In this document: one piece after another, positions 25,626-38,504 of the stretch
Layout of the letters: every line of letters begins with the position of its first letter
Position numbering within the stretch: the stretch's first letter is position 1
NCBI GenBank assembly: GCA_012026655.1
Contig: JAAILG010000744.1
Location: forward strand, 1-64,000
From: Hydrolagus affinis
Taxonomy: Eukaryota
Reading direction: 5' to 3'
Length of the DNA: 64,000 nucleotides
Made by a program: the position numbers and the translations under genes
The notes under the pieces: generated by a model
Seen by the model: only the letters and a program-made list of their open reading frames with translations
Told to the model about the DNA's origin: nothing
The model's database searches: none

Positions 25626-25899
25626 GGGTGAACCGGGAATAACCTATAGTTAGAAAAAAATCTGCTCCTTAATAGTTTAAGAGCTGCACTTTTATTTTTA
25701 ACTGTTTTTTTTCCCTTCACACTGAAATGTAAAATGGATCTTACTTTGCATTAGTGCTAATGCCCACTTGAGGTTGACATCCAAGCTGGTTTTAGATTCT
25801 GATCGGAAAGATTTATTTTTAGGAAGGGTGGCAGTGGACACTGAGCAGCTTGTTGCTGGCATGGAGGTAGGTGGTGGGGGTGGGGGGGTGGTGGTGGAA

Positions 25900-25975
25900 C
25901 AGGAGCATGGGTATTCTGTAAGGATTAGATTGGATAGGCTGAAGGGCCTTCTTCATCCAAACCTATCTTGTGATC
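25900..25975 (+). mobile_element. Old CR1-type 3' tail; second copy at about 32255-32330 (-)
   Basis: Both copies share GAAGG.CCTTCTTCATCCAAACCT. Confidence 0.5.
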
Positions 25976-27174
25976 TTCAGCCAGTGTTGACTCAGTATCT
26001 CCATACACTCTTCTTCTGGACGCAGATCAGCAGGAAGTTAAGACAGCCAAATGCTCTCCTGGCTGATCCCTGCAAGCAGACACTGAGCCAGTGCTGGCTT
26101 TTGCTGATGGTGAAGCATCCAGATTGCAATCTTGGACCATCCCAAATGCAATCCCGAGGGATTTACGCTTTAGCTAATGTTCTATATGGAACTTAGTTTA
26201 GGGACATGAAATTGTGGAGCTGTCTGTGGAGAGGGGAGCAGATAAAAACACAAATTGTTCTTTCCTAATAGGAATATGGATATTAAACTGTTCAGAATAT
26301 CACACTTGGAAACTCTTTTACTGTAAGCAGTCTTTGTAATACAGTATTGCCATTTTAAAATCAAGCAAAAATTCTTAAAGCTTGAACTCAATAAAGATTA
26401 GACTCAGTCGATGGAATCTGCATTTGTACTCATCTTGGGTTTAATTTGTACAGGTCGAACTAGAAGAGGCTCATTCTAAATTACAGCACGTCCATGTTTT
26501 GACATGTTTTGTCCTGATTAGATCTGTCAGCCAATGTTATGCATAGTTTCTCACTGGTTACTGTGCACCAATCGCTCAGGTAGAAAATATTATTCAGATC
26601 TGTTTGTAGATTAACATTTCTTAAGTGCTTGATTCTTTCTCAGATTTCATAGCTTGGTTGAACACTCTTAACTTATTTTTAAAGAGCTAAGTTAATATCC
26701 TGAATCGCATGATGAGAAACCATCAGAATAACTAGACACCATGTTTTGCTATGGCCTATATTAAGAGAAACCAGCTTACTGCGTGGTGAGGGAACCAAAG
26801 ACAATGTTGTTTTTATCTTTGTTGTGATTCTGAGAAAAAGAGATCTTGCAATGGCAGTGTTTTCATACATTTATGGAAATACATATGTTTAATTGTTTTA
26901 ATATTTTAAATTGTTAACATTCATGGCTGGACACATATATATTTCAGTGATAGCATTTACTTTTGTTACAGTCACTGCAAAGTATGGACTTCAAAAAACA
27001 ATAAACCAGTGGTAGTGAACCCCTGCATGCAACTTGCAGAGCCACTGCTGATGACATGAGAAGCATAATATATCTTACTGTTGGTCTGTCAGCAGGGAGG
27101 TGTTGCTGGTGATACTTGCGCTGGAAGCATTATGGGAAGGATTCGCTGGAGGCTTGGGCTAAATGTGTATGTGT

Positions 27175-27445
27175 AATAATAATTCTTGCATTTGATATAG
27201 CTCCTCTAATGCTGAACTGTTTGAAGTGCTTCACATTATTGTAAAGTGTAGTGATTGAATTTGTCAGCATAAATTGGCCAATGTTTAATATTTAAATTTT
27301 GTATATATTGGCTAGGACACTGGGAGAAAATCCCTTCGCTTTTTGAACAGTGCAATGAGATCTTTAATGCCCACTTGAATAGGCAGCTGAACCTTGGTAA
27401 CTGAAAGATAACATCTCTGACATTACAGAACTCCCCTGGCACCGG
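27175..27445 (-). mobile_element. DeuSINE 3' half
   Basis: Tail plus GGCTAGGACACTGGGAGAA...ATCTTTAATGCCCACTTGAA. Confidence 0.7.
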
Positions 27446-27639
27446 ACAGTTCCGTTAGGCTAATAATATTTAGCATTTCCATAACTTGTTTTAAGAGATA
27501 CTGTTTATGTACTACAGTTTTTATTCTTTTTAAAATTTGTTTTAACCTTTTTTTAGTCTAATTTACTTTCTGCTTCCTTGCCTGAAAGTCTTTATTTCAT
27601 TTTCCTTCTGGAAACATCCCCAAGTGAGATTATATTAAC

Positions 27640-27995
27640 ATAATAATAATCCTTGTATTTGATGTAGTACCTTATTACATCTTCGAGATGTCTCAAGACA
27701 CTTCACAGAATATATTGTAAAGTGTAGTAACTGTATATTTTGTGGACGAAACGCAGCAGCCAAATGCGCAAAGCAATGCCCCAAAATTGTCATAGATTGA
27801 AGTGACCAATTTTTTTTAAAGGAATTATTACCCTGGGAAAGTGATTCTCCAATCGATTAACAACCAAGTTCCCACTTACTGCTAGATAAACAGAGGCATA
27901 TGGAGTAAGGAAACATGCCTAACATTTCGCCCTGATGAGAATCAACCCTAGATCTCTCACTTGTGAGGCGAATGCTCTAATCACTGAGCTACAGA
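27640..27995 (-). mobile_element. tRNA-derived SINE, long form
   Basis: Full head to tail, including the long-form block. Confidence 0.85.
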
Positions 27996-28019
27996 CCTAA
28001 GTGATCATATATGTATGAG

Positions 28020-28280
28020 CCTTGACAGCAAGGCTGGCTGGCTATTCAATAATTGCAGATAATACAGACAATCGCAGACCTATCCTCACTGCATATCCAC
28101 ATAGAGTTATATTCCAATAAGGATCTCTGGTCAACAAACAGGACCTTGAACCCAGGCTGATGTTCCTTTCTTTAACCCGAGGCACTGAGGCGAATTACAG
28201 CCCTAAATGACATTTGCGAGATTTAAACCTGCAAAAACTGACAGTATGGCATGGTGGAGTGCTGGGTGGTGCCTTAACAC
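28020..28280 (-). mobile_element. Ancient third SINE-like family; related copies at about 37458-37682, 46020-46155, 52770-53060, 61385-61535
   Basis: Shared degenerate motifs GATCCTGTCCTC, CTGAT.TT, CTGAG.C.AAT. Confidence 0.5.
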
Positions 28281-29319
28281 ATTAGGTCATCAGGGGGTGA
28301 GAAGGCAGAGGGAGGTTAGAAATACTGTACCTGGAATACAGACTAGAGATTATGTAATTTTTTTTGTTGTAAAGATTAGCTTGTGAAAATTCACATTTTT
28401 AATGTGACCTGGTATTTACGTCTGCAGAGAGAAAACAGTGACCAAAAAACATATGTATTTGCAGGTATTAAAATACATCTCAGACTATAAACAACTTGAT
28501 ACAGGAGCCACAGTCACGATAAGTGCTCCTAAAAGTACTTTATTTGTGGTGCAGAGAGGAGTGGGAGGACTTGTGGTGGGCGGGAGGCTCTCAGGCTAAT
28601 GACAACCATGCTTTTTGCTGCTGACATTCCAAGACTGAGTCTTAAGTTGTGTTTTTTGGCAGATGGTAGCGCATTCATTTGGGCACTAAAAATATTAGCG
28701 CTTCATAAAATGTACTGTGGATATGCGCTACAAATCAGCACCACCGTCCACAAATTGAAAATATTCTTCGGAACAATTGAAATTTAGAGTTTTTCCCTGC
28801 TGCTTCTGTGCATAATTCTGCTAACCTCCGCAATACCCAAAAATGCAACCTCAGCTCCAGCCTCAGACAATCAAACACTCACTCTCCTTCTCTCACCAGG
28901 CATCAATTTTCATTCCCCACATGCAGCCAGAACATGTCCACAACTAGGCTTGTCTCTTGTTTACTTCTTCACATAACTGTCTGGCCAAAACATGTACCTT
29001 GAGTCATGTGCATTAAGCCACCTCTACACCTCATTTGGATTAGGCAGACTGCCTCAGTTTAGGCAACTGGATTTTTTCATGACTAAATTTCCAACCAAAG
29101 TGGCAATCTACTTATGAGTATAAAAATCAAATCACTGACTCCTGAATCCAGGTAAAAATATATATTTTCAGCAAATGTAGGAATTCAGTCAAAATGGAAA
29201 GAACAGAGATGTTCACATATTTAAGATCAAGGATCACATACTTGTACAGTATTTCCCCCCTTGTTGCTGTCTACATTTATTCATTTGGATTTTTGGAGCT
29301 TGGCAATAACAATGTTTAT

Positions 29320-29620
29320 ATAATAATCCTTACATTTGATATAGCATTTTTCGCATCTTCTAGAAGTCTCAAAGCACTTGACAGTATATACTGAAATGAA
29401 TTGACTGTATATTTGTGGGCGAAATGTGGAAGCCAGTTGCACACAACAGTGTCCTGCAAACAATCGTGGATTGAAATGACCAGTTTATTATTGTTTTTTA
29501 TTTGGAGGAATTATTATCAGGTGTGTGGAGCAAGGAAACTTGCCCAAGGTTTCGCCCTGCAAGGAATTTAACCCAGGTCTCTTGCTTGCGAAGGCGATGC
29601 TCTATTAACTGAGCTTCAGC
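29320..29620 (-). mobile_element. tRNA-derived SINE, short form
   Basis: Full-length match to the family. Confidence 0.9.
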
Positions 29621-30107
29621 ACACCACAAATAACATTTCCTTGCATTCCACAGAGGAGGGTTTCAATTTACAGTATAAGGGTTCAAGAAAATAGTTTATC
29701 TTTTATTTTATTTTTGTCAAGGTGGTGGCTTCATTCTCCTCCTTTTTTGCTCTTCAGTCAAATGTCTGGAGAGGATTAGAGAGGATGGCACTCCTCTGCA
29801 GTGAACATTTTGTGAATGACTAGTACATACTTAAACCTCATCTCAGAAATGCATCAATTTGTTTTACAAGGCATTTCATTGTGTTTTGGCCAAGAACAAC
29901 CCAAATTCACTCTACAGAGGAAAGAGATTTGCTTTCTGCTTTGACTCTGGAAGAGTCATACAATTTGATGGCAGTTGCCCATTCTTTGGCCCATTTCTAA
30001 ACTAGTGATAAAGTTGTTTTGTTCACTTGTTAGAACTCTGGTCTAATGCTTTAACTTTAATTCTGCTTCAACCAGTCTGTGAGCTGAACGGTTGGATACT
30101 GGAAAAA

Positions 30108-30163
30108 GAACAACAACAAAACTACATTTGTAATGCGCCCTTCACGTCGGGAGGACGTCCCAC
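30108..30163 (-). mobile_element. L2 tail only
   Basis: CAACAACAAAACTACATTTG...TTCACGTCGGGAGGACGTCCC. Confidence 0.8.
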
Positions 30164-30318
30164 AATTGGAACGTGATTTCTTTTAAAAAGCATTTCCACT
30201 CTCCTGGAAATCGCTATAATTTAGATCCCAATATTAGAATAAATTGGGATCCAAGGAGTAATTGTGGCTTACCACAACTTTTCCTGCATGAAAGGTGCCA
30301 TACAAGCATAGCATACCA

Positions 30319-30580
30319 GTACGGCACCTTGCATACAGGAAAAACATCTTGAAGTGCTTTGCAGAGACAGAGAAGTTTAAGCAGTGTAGCAGATACAGGC
30401 GAAATAGGAGCGAGGTGGCTGAAGACACAGTGAAAGTGTGGCTTTTTCTGGAAATGTATTTTGAAAGCAAAAAGAGAGCATGAGAAGTGGTAAGATCCAG
30501 GGAGAGAGTTGTTGAATGCAGGGAAAAGTTGCTGAAATCTCCCCCCCACTTGGAGATAGAGCGGGTGGAGTGATCTAGGG
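30319..30580 (-). mobile_element. Old L2 3' end
   Basis: Tail GGCACCTTGCA...AAGTGCTTTGCAG and a purine-rich decayed C-terminus. Confidence 0.5.
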
Positions 30581-31011
30581 TGAAACCAGATCCCTGCATA
30601 TGTAGAATTAAGTTTGAGTTGTTCCACAGGATTTCAACCACAGTCTGTTTTAAAGCTGCCCTGTTATAATCCAAATGTTTTAAAATTACTTTTCTCAGGC
30701 TGCAAAAACATAAGGTTCTGTGTTTGTTCCTAAATTGAGGAAATGTTTATGTGAATTGTTCTGCCCCTCGAGTGAGGGATATTTCAGTGCCTTGGGCCAT
30801 CTTCTCAACGTGAAAGGTGCTTTACAAATGTAATTTTGTATTGTATTGTATATTAGTAATAGAAAATGGCATTTCAGACAACAAGTACTAACAAGTTAGT
30901 TATAGCATGAGTCATCAATGCACGTGATCAAATAATGAGATTTAACCAACCTTCTGAAGTTGTTCCCATGTGATATTTCCACTACTCCACCAATGATCTA
31001 TATAGTAATAT

Positions 31012-31545
31012 ATTAATAATCTTTGCATTTGATTTAGTGCCTTATCACGTCTTCAAGACATTTCACAGAATATACTGTGAAGTGAATAGACCTTGTTTTG
31101 TGCATGAAATGTGGCAACCAATTGCGCACAGAATGTCCCACAATCGTGCTTTGAGTGATCAAATTAATATATTTTTTAAAACTACACCTGGAAGTGATCT
31201 GCCAATCAACTAAGGTTCTGATTTACTACTAGGCATGTGGAGTAAGGAAACTTGCCCAAAGATTCGACCTGCCGGGAATCAAACCCAGGTCTCTTGCTGA
31301 CAACAACAACAACACAAAATTGCACTTACATAGCACCTTTCACGTCGGGAGGACGTCCCAAAACGCTGAACAGTCAGGTCGGGACCCAAGCGGGAGGGGG
31401 GGTGAGGGTTGGGGTAGGGGGAAGGAGAGGGGGAAGAGTTAGTCGGAAAGGCATGGTCGAAGAGGAAGGTCTTGAGACCGGCCTTGAAAGAGGAAAGGGA
31501 GGAGGACAAGGCGAATGCTCTAATTATTAAGGTACAGGATTCCAA
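31012..31545 (-). mobile_element. Long-form SINE interrupted in its head by an L2 3' fragment (about 31299-31507)
   Basis: GGTCTCTTGCT|L2|CAAGGCGAATGCTCTA rejoins to the SINE head; the insert encodes SSFKAGLKTFLFDHAF. Confidence 0.85.
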
Positions 31546-31770
31546 ATATCAGAGTACTGGGATTACTCCAAATCATATTGCTAAATTAAAAGCGATTGGG
31601 AAGATTTAGTGCATTGGGCCCATGACCACAAGGCATGAAGTCAGAATGCTCAAACTCATTTTATATGGTATCTTTGCTGATAGAAATGAGAAGAAACTTA
31701 CTGGGCTTTTTCACAGCGTAGTGTGAAAGGCACTCTACAATCCAGTCTTCACAGATTTTTTCTTTCAGCT

Positions 31771-31870
31771 NNNNNNNNNNNNNNNNNNNNNNNNNNNNNN
31801 NNNNNNNNNNNNNNNNNNNNNNNNNNNNNNNNNNNNNNNNNNNNNNNNNNNNNNNNNNNNNNNNNNNNNN
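31771..31870. other. Assembly gap (100 N)
   Basis: N run. Confidence 1.
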
Positions 31871-32106
31871 GAATTCTATCCCCCAATCCCTTCGTCTCGT
31901 TTCTTCCCTTTCTTCTTTCAAGGCCGGTTTGAAGACTTTCCTCTTCGACCGTGCCTTTTGTTCCACCCCGAATTTTTCGACCTCCCCTTCGTGTTTCACC
32001 CCCGCCCAAACACTCCCCCCCCAGCTCGGGTCACACGCCCCTGTGCAGCACCTTGGGACGTCCTCCCGACGTGAAAGGCGCTCTATAAAAATGTAATTTG
32101 TTGTTG
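31871..32106 (+). mobile_element. Young L2 3' end, cut by the gap
   Basis: Close match to 53983-54220. Confidence 0.92.
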
Positions 32107-32499
32107 GAGAAAATGTTTTTAATTATTTGTGAAATTAGTAGTGTTAGTAAAATGAGTGAAAACAATACTAGTTATTATAATTATAATAATTGGGCCTAAA
32201 ACTGGTTCCGGAACGTCAACGCAGGGATTGTTGTTTTTGACTAGTTTAACTTGGTTGATATGACGTGAGAGGTTTGGATGAAGAAGGTCCTTCAACTCAG
32301 TTGACCAGTCGACCACCATCCCATCATGGTATTAAGGTCGTTTTCAAATGAGTCCTGGCCTCAAAAAAGCTAGAACTATTTTTGCTCTTCCCTGTGATTT
32401 TCAGGAACCATAGGATTAAACATTCTTCTGTTTGCCAACTTGATATGTGTAAATACGAGCAGATTTCTAGGAGTATGCTTTCAAGGACAAGTCTCATGT

Positions 32500-32925
32500 A
32501 TTTACTGATCAATTCCCACCCACCCCAAAAAGAAAAATAATGCCAGGGGATTTTTAATGTCCATTCAAACAAGCAGATGAAACCTCAGATTTAGTGTCTT
32601 ATCTGAAGGATGGAACGTCCAAAATGCATTGGAATATCAGCCTTGCAAATTCAAAGTCTAGACCTGAGCCTTCAACCCAGAATAATAATAATAATCCTTG
32701 GATTTAATATAACGCTTTTCACGTTTTCTAGATGTCTCAAAGCGCTTCACAGAATATGCTGTAAAGTGAGTTGACTGTATATTTGTGGCCGAAATGCGGC
32801 AGCCAATTGTGCACAGCAGTGTCCCACAAACAGTTGTGAATTGAAATGACCGATTTGTTATTGTTTTTTTTGAGAAACTATTATGGAGTAAGGAAACTTT
32901 CCTAAGGTTTTACCCTGCTAGAAAT
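32500..32925 (-). mobile_element. DeuSINE fragment (about 32500-32680) followed by a short-form SINE (about 32682-32925)
   Basis: Deu-like GGGATTTTTAATGTCCATTCAAAC; standard SINE tail and body. Confidence 0.8.
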
Positions 32926-33111
32926 TGGTTGCTGGGCTAGTTTCATATGTTAATTCAGCGATACTAAGTAAGAATACCAGGCATATACATTAATACAGTA
33001 TATCAACAGCACTCCAGGACCAAACTGTGACACTGGTGGAAAAGCTTAATGTTAGTTGAATCATGAGGTGTAAAAATGAGAAAGCCATGAAAATAACTGA
33101 ACTAATACACA

Positions 33112-33415
33112 TCCTGTAGATCAATGGTTGGAGCACTCGCCTTACAAGCGAGAGATCTGGGTTCAATCCCAAACTGGGTGAAACCTTGGACAAGTTTCCT
33201 TGCTCCACATGCCTAATAATAATCCCTCAAAAAAAAAGTTGATAATTTCAAACCACAATTGTTTGTGGGATACTGCTGTGCACAATTGGCTGCCGAATTT
33301 CGCCCACATATATATAATCAATTCACTTTGCAGTATATTCTGTAAAGCGCTTTGAGACGTCTAGAAGCTATGAAAAGTGCTATATCAAATGCAGGGATTA
33401 TTATTATTATTAATA
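33112..33415 (+). mobile_element. tRNA-derived SINE, short form
   Basis: Full length, with GGTTCAATCCC B box. Confidence 0.9.
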
Positions 33416-33904
33416 ATTTTTTAGGGGTGGCTTGGGGGTGGGTTGATGTGAACCTTTCCTCCTGTCAAGAGAATTTTGTCTTCAACCAGAAAAAAGGCTG
33501 AATATGTTTAGTGGTTTCAGTCCCCATATGGCATCCTATTAGAGAGGTCTGCAACTCTAGTGTAAGAAACTATGATGTCTACTTTCTGTCAAAAATGACA
33601 GAGTTTGCTTTTAACCAGTAAATGCTTATCATCAAGCCAACATTTCAACAACAATAATATATTCCATCTATATTGTGACTTTCATGGCAATGACTTGGCA
33701 ATGGCAATGATTTACCTCAGGTCATATTTTTAAAATACAATGCTAAAGTCAATGAGAGAGAATGCTAAAGTCAATATTCAGTTTGAGAAATTTATCATAC
33801 CAACAAATTGAAGTTATACCTTAAGGGTGCTGGGTAAAGTCTGGGAGTTTATATAAATGATTATAAAAGCAATAAAAGAGGTAGGGCATAGATTCACAAT
33901 GATA

Positions 33905-35716
33905 CAATCTAATACAAATTACATTCCCTCCCAAGGCGCCAGACAATCAGGGATTTGGATCCGAGCTGAGGTCAGGATCGAGGAGGGTGGAGGGCAGGGA
34001 GGTTAGGAGGGTGGCCAAAGGCTCAATTAAAGAGGATTTTGAGGCATATCTTGGAAAAAGGCAAGGGTGAAGGGAATGTGGAATGGAGGGTGGAGCAGGC
34101 TGGGTGGAGACCAGAGCCTGCTGAGAGGAGGGAGAGGACAGGTTGATATGGAGACAGCAGGTCATAGAAGGGCAATGCTGTGGAGGACTTTGAAGGTGAG
34201 GATGAGGATTTTGAACTCTATCCTCTGGGAGATGGGGAGTCAGTGGAGTCGGGTAGATGGGGTTCCAGAACCTTGTGTGGGAGAAGACGCAAGCTGCAGA
34301 GTTCTGGATGATCCTCAGTTTGTGGAGGGAAGAGTTGGGAAGGTGGACAAGCAGGGGGTTGGGGTACTCAAGCACAGATTACCCCAGTCCTTGCCAAACT
34401 GCACTGGATCCCTGTCTCGGAGAGGATCAATTTCAAGATCCTCACTCTTGTTTTCAAATCCCTCCACTCTTCTGCACCACCTACTTCTCTGACCTCTTCT
34501 TTCCTCACAACAGTATCCATTGCCTTTACTCTACCGGGTCTGGCCTTCTCCCTGAGCCCCGAATCCTGCGCTCCACCATCAGCAGCCGTGCCTTCAGCCA
34601 CTATGCCCCGAGGCTTTGGAACTCCCTTCCTCACTCCCTTCGCCTCACCCCTCTCTTCCTATTTTCAGGTCTCGGCTAAAGACCTTTGTTTTCGACCGCG
34701 CTTTTGGTCATCTTTTTCTCCCTTCCCATGGCTCGGCCCCGGGATTCATTATTGTGAAGCTCTCTGAGATGCGTTCTGCCATGCAGGGCGCTACATAAAT
34801 CCAAGTTGTTGTTGTTGTTGTAGATGTGATAAATGCGTGGTTGGGGATTTCAGCACCCTGACGGGTGAGGCCATGACAGAGACAGATAATGTTGTGTAGA
34901 TGGGGGAAAGGCAGAGCAGGTCATACCACGGATGTGGAAAGAACAGTTGAGGGTCAAAGAAGACGCCAACGTTCCGGACTGACTCACTGAAGTAGAATGT
35001 GCATCCATGGATGGCGAAGCTCCCAGTGCTTGAGGCGCGGAGGTGCTGAGGTGAGCCAATCAGGAGGGCTCTCTGTTTTATTGACATTCAACTATAGAAA
35101 GTTAGCTCTCATCCAGGACTTGATGTCTGACAGGCAATCTGTCAGGACAATAGTAGTCCTGGAGTCGAAGGTAGAGGCAGAAAGATAGAGTTGGGTGTCA
35201 TCTGCATACATGTGGAAGTTAACCCCATGTCTGCAGATGATGTCACCAAGGGGGAGCATGTAGATGTTAAAATATAGGGGGCCAAGGACAGAGCCCTGGG
35301 AATGCCATAGGTGACAGTTCGGAGGCTGGAAGAGAAGCCGTTGGTGGTGACAAAGTGGAGACGATCAAAAAGGTTGGCATGGAACCCGAAAAGAGCAGGT
35401 CCGTGGAGATTGAGCTGGGAGGAGACGGTATAGGAGGATGGAGTGGTCAACAGTGTCGAAGGCAGCAGAGAGGTCGAGGAGGACAAGGAGACAGCCCTGA
35501 TTGCAGATGTTTAGAATGTTGTTAGAGACTTTGTCCAGGGCTGTCTCTGTACTATGGGCAGCACGGCAGTGAGATTGCAGGGATTCGAAGAGGGAATGGC
35601 AAGAGAGAAAGGAGCGAAGCTGGAAAGCAACTACTCGTTCCAGGGCCTTACAGCGGAATGGGAGGTTGGATATGGGGCGGTAGCTGTAGAATAGGGATGG
35701 GTCCAGGGAAGGTTTT
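33905..35716 (-). mobile_element. Decayed L2 LINE (RT region to tail), split by a nested L2
   Basis: [48 protein letters not shown] motifs with frameshifts. Confidence 0.9.
34374..34820 (+). mobile_element. Nested L2 3' fragment (different tail subfamily)
   Basis: ITPVLAKLHWIP, RAFSHYAPRLWNSLP, LKTFVFDRAF, (TTG)n. Confidence 0.9.
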
Positions 35717-35957
35717 TTTTAAAAAGGTAAGCAGACCTCATCTGAATTAAATATTCTCATTTTTGATGAGGTACAAGACCTCATTATAGTTGGATTCAAT
35801 TAGACTTAGGATATTTTAACTGGTTTTAACTCACCAATTGTAAGCGAAGCATCATTTGATTTGCATTAATCTTTTTTAAAAATGTAAGCGTTGCTTTCTG
35901 TTGTCAGTTTTTACCATTCAATTCATATTTGGTCACATTTTAATTGTTATATAAAAA

Positions 35958-36150
35958 TATTAATAATAATAATCCTAGCATTTGATATTGCACCTAATCA
36001 CGGTGTTGAAACGTCTCAAAGCACTTCACAGATTATACTGTAAAGTGAATTTACTGCATATTTTATGGGCGAAATGCAGTATCCAATTTCGCACAGCAGT
36101 GTCCCACAAACAGTCATGGATTGAGTGATCAAATTATTATTTTTAATTAT
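35958..36150 (-). mobile_element. SINE 3' half
   Basis: Family tail and body. Confidence 0.85.
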
Positions 36151-37134
36151 TTCATGTCAGGAGGACATCCCAATGCAGTAGATCAAGGGCTCACCTATTT
36201 GTAGTATACCAAGATTTGTGGTAGTGCGGTTTGCGTGAAGCCCAGCTAGCTGCTCTCATTCAATTTTCAGATATGCTTTGAAGAGTTCAAAAGACCCAAG
36301 AACCTTGCTTTAGGTTTCCTTGGGGGCTGTATTCCATTTGGATATTTCATTGTTGCAGACAAACAAAACTCATACATTTCACACGTCACTAAATCCTGGT
36401 TATTTTTACTGAAAGATCAAGCAGTTTTAGCTTTCTTTAATTCTCTTGAGGATTTCACATAACAGCGGCTACATGAAGGAGAGACTGGTATAACACCTCA
36501 TTATGGTTTATGATCAAAGACAGTGGATCATTCAGCATGCTCTTTGACTCTTCCATGCAATCCCACTTCACCTGCTACTCTTAGATCCTATTTTCAGGTA
36601 TCTTTTTTATTCTGTTGATTTATTTTTTCCTTGAGTACCAATCCTCTCTCCCTTTGGTACAATCCTCTGTAACCAGATGCTAGTCTATCTGCCCTGCTAT
36701 AACTTAGTGGCCTGATGTTATCCATTTAAATGATTGATTATTTGGTTGAAAAAGCTCTCCTTAAGAAAGTGGTAGTGTTATTAGGCACCTCAATGCTGAA
36801 AACAGGCTTATGATGTAAACTTTTTGGTTTTCACAATTGAAGTTTTGTAATTCAGCGTGACAAACATGAGATTCTAATACTGTATTCATCAATCTTCCAT
36901 TGTAAAATTTAAATTAGTCTAAATCATTAAATTCCCATTATGTTTTTCTTCATTTTCTTTTGTATATTCCCATTGACTGTTGATTGGGTCATTTTCACCA
37001 CCCGGTTTCTATTCATGTTATAGTTCTTCAAAATTGCAGACCTTTTCCCCCTTTATTTTGCCAATTCTTGCTCGATTACAGTTCCACTGATACCAAATAT
37101 CTTATAACGTCTACTCATGTAGTCATGATTTACA

Positions 37135-37452
37135 TGGAGTCCTGTAGCTCAGTGGTTAGAGCACTCATCTGACAAGCATGAGACCTGTGTTTCGAATCCA
37201 GACAGATCAGGGTGAAATGTTGGGCAAGTTTCCTTACTCCTAATAATAATCCATCCAAAATACATATAATAAATTGGTCATTTTCAATCTACGACTGTTT
37301 TTGGGACTCTGCTATGCGCAATTGGCTGCCGCATTTTGCCCACAAAAATAGTCAATTTACTTTACAGTATATTCTGTGAAGCACTTTAAGACATCTAGAA
37401 GACGTGAAAAGCGCTATATCAAATGCAAGGATTATTAGTATAATTATTATTA
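37135..37452 (+). mobile_element. tRNA-derived SINE, short form
   Basis: GGAGTCCTGTAGCTCAGTGGTTAGAGC...TTCGAATCC; full tail. Confidence 0.92.
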
Positions 37453-37682
37453 TGTGCTCACAGCCTGTTTACTGTGGAGGCATCACAGCTGAGTCCGATC
37501 CTGTCCTCGCTTCTGACATCAATATGCATGAACTTTCCAACAATAATTGCATAATAGTGATCAGGAGCAGAAACCCTGACTGATATCTTGGTTCCCCAGT
37601 CACAGGAGTAACTGAGACCAATATTAGTGGACTTACAGTTACCCTCACTGAAATTAGCTAACATCACAGACCTGGAATCATG

Positions 37683-38130
37683 AACAACAACAAAAGATTT
37701 CATTTATCTGTATATAGCGCCTTTCGCAGTGGGATAACTCCTTCATATCCCAAGGTGCTGTACAGTCAAGGGCTTGTACCTGAGGTAGGGGTTGGAATCA
37801 AGGTGGGTGGACAAGGGAGTGTGGGTGGGAGGATGACTGAAGGCACCTCCCACAGAAGAAGGTTCAAGGAAGAAGGTCTTGAGATGGTTCTTGAAGAAGA
37901 CCAGGGAGAGGGTGAAGTGAAGGGTTCTGGGATGCATTTCCAGAGGGTGGGGGCAGAAAAGATGAAGGCCTGAGCAGCAATGGTGGGGTGGACCCTGCGG
38001 GGGAAGTGGAGCTGCCCAGAGTTCGCAGAGTAGGGAATGGGCAGGTTGGTAATGGTTTAGCAGGTCACAGAGATAGGGAGGGACATGACAAGTGGAGGGC
38101 TTTGAAAGTGAAGATGAGGATCTTAAACTC
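37683..38130 (-). mobile_element. L2 3' fragment
   Basis: FKILIFTFKALH, PPYLCDLL, LKTFFL motifs; (CAA)n end. Confidence 0.85.
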
Positions 38131-38334
38131 AAAAGATTACAAGGTTCTGACTAAAATGCCCTTTCAGCCCATTTGATCTTATCCTTCCTCAAAAGCCACC
38201 CAACTATCTTTCCACTAAAGCATCAAGTGGTCAACCATTTGAGGAACTGCAATTCAACAGAGGCACTTTATTGGGTTTCCAAGTTTCATATTTTAATATT
38301 AATATTGCTTCCACTGAGCTACCGTATTGATAAT

Positions 38335-38487
38335 GGAGGGAAATTTCTGAAGGATAGAGGGATTAAGGGATATGGGGATAGGGTGGGTAAATGGAATTAG
38401 GTTAGATCAGCCATGATCTTATCAAATGATGGGGGAAGGCTCGAGAGGCCAAATGGCCTCCTCTTGCTCCTATTTCTTATGCTCTTA
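38335..38487 (+). mobile_element. CR1 3' end
   Basis: GATCAGCCATGATCTT...GGCTCGAGAGGCCAAATGGCCTCCTCTTGCTCCTATTTCTTATG. Confidence 0.82.
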
Positions 38488-38504
38488 AATGCCTGAAATC
38501 AATC

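Noticed and set aside
25768-26196. 142-aa ORF with poly-Gly/Val
   Set aside because: Runs through a G-rich tract and old repeat remnants, and has a non-ATG start
30214-30674. Overlapping 137-aa and 146-aa ORFs
   Set aside because: Lie on a decayed L2 end; no recognisable domain
31661-32009. ORFs spanning N runs (also 48419-48855 and 57939-58400)
   Set aside because: Artefacts of translating through gaps and repeats
37135-37205. tRNA genes at SINE heads
   Set aside because: A/B boxes run straight into the SINE body; no intact cloverleaf or terminator seen
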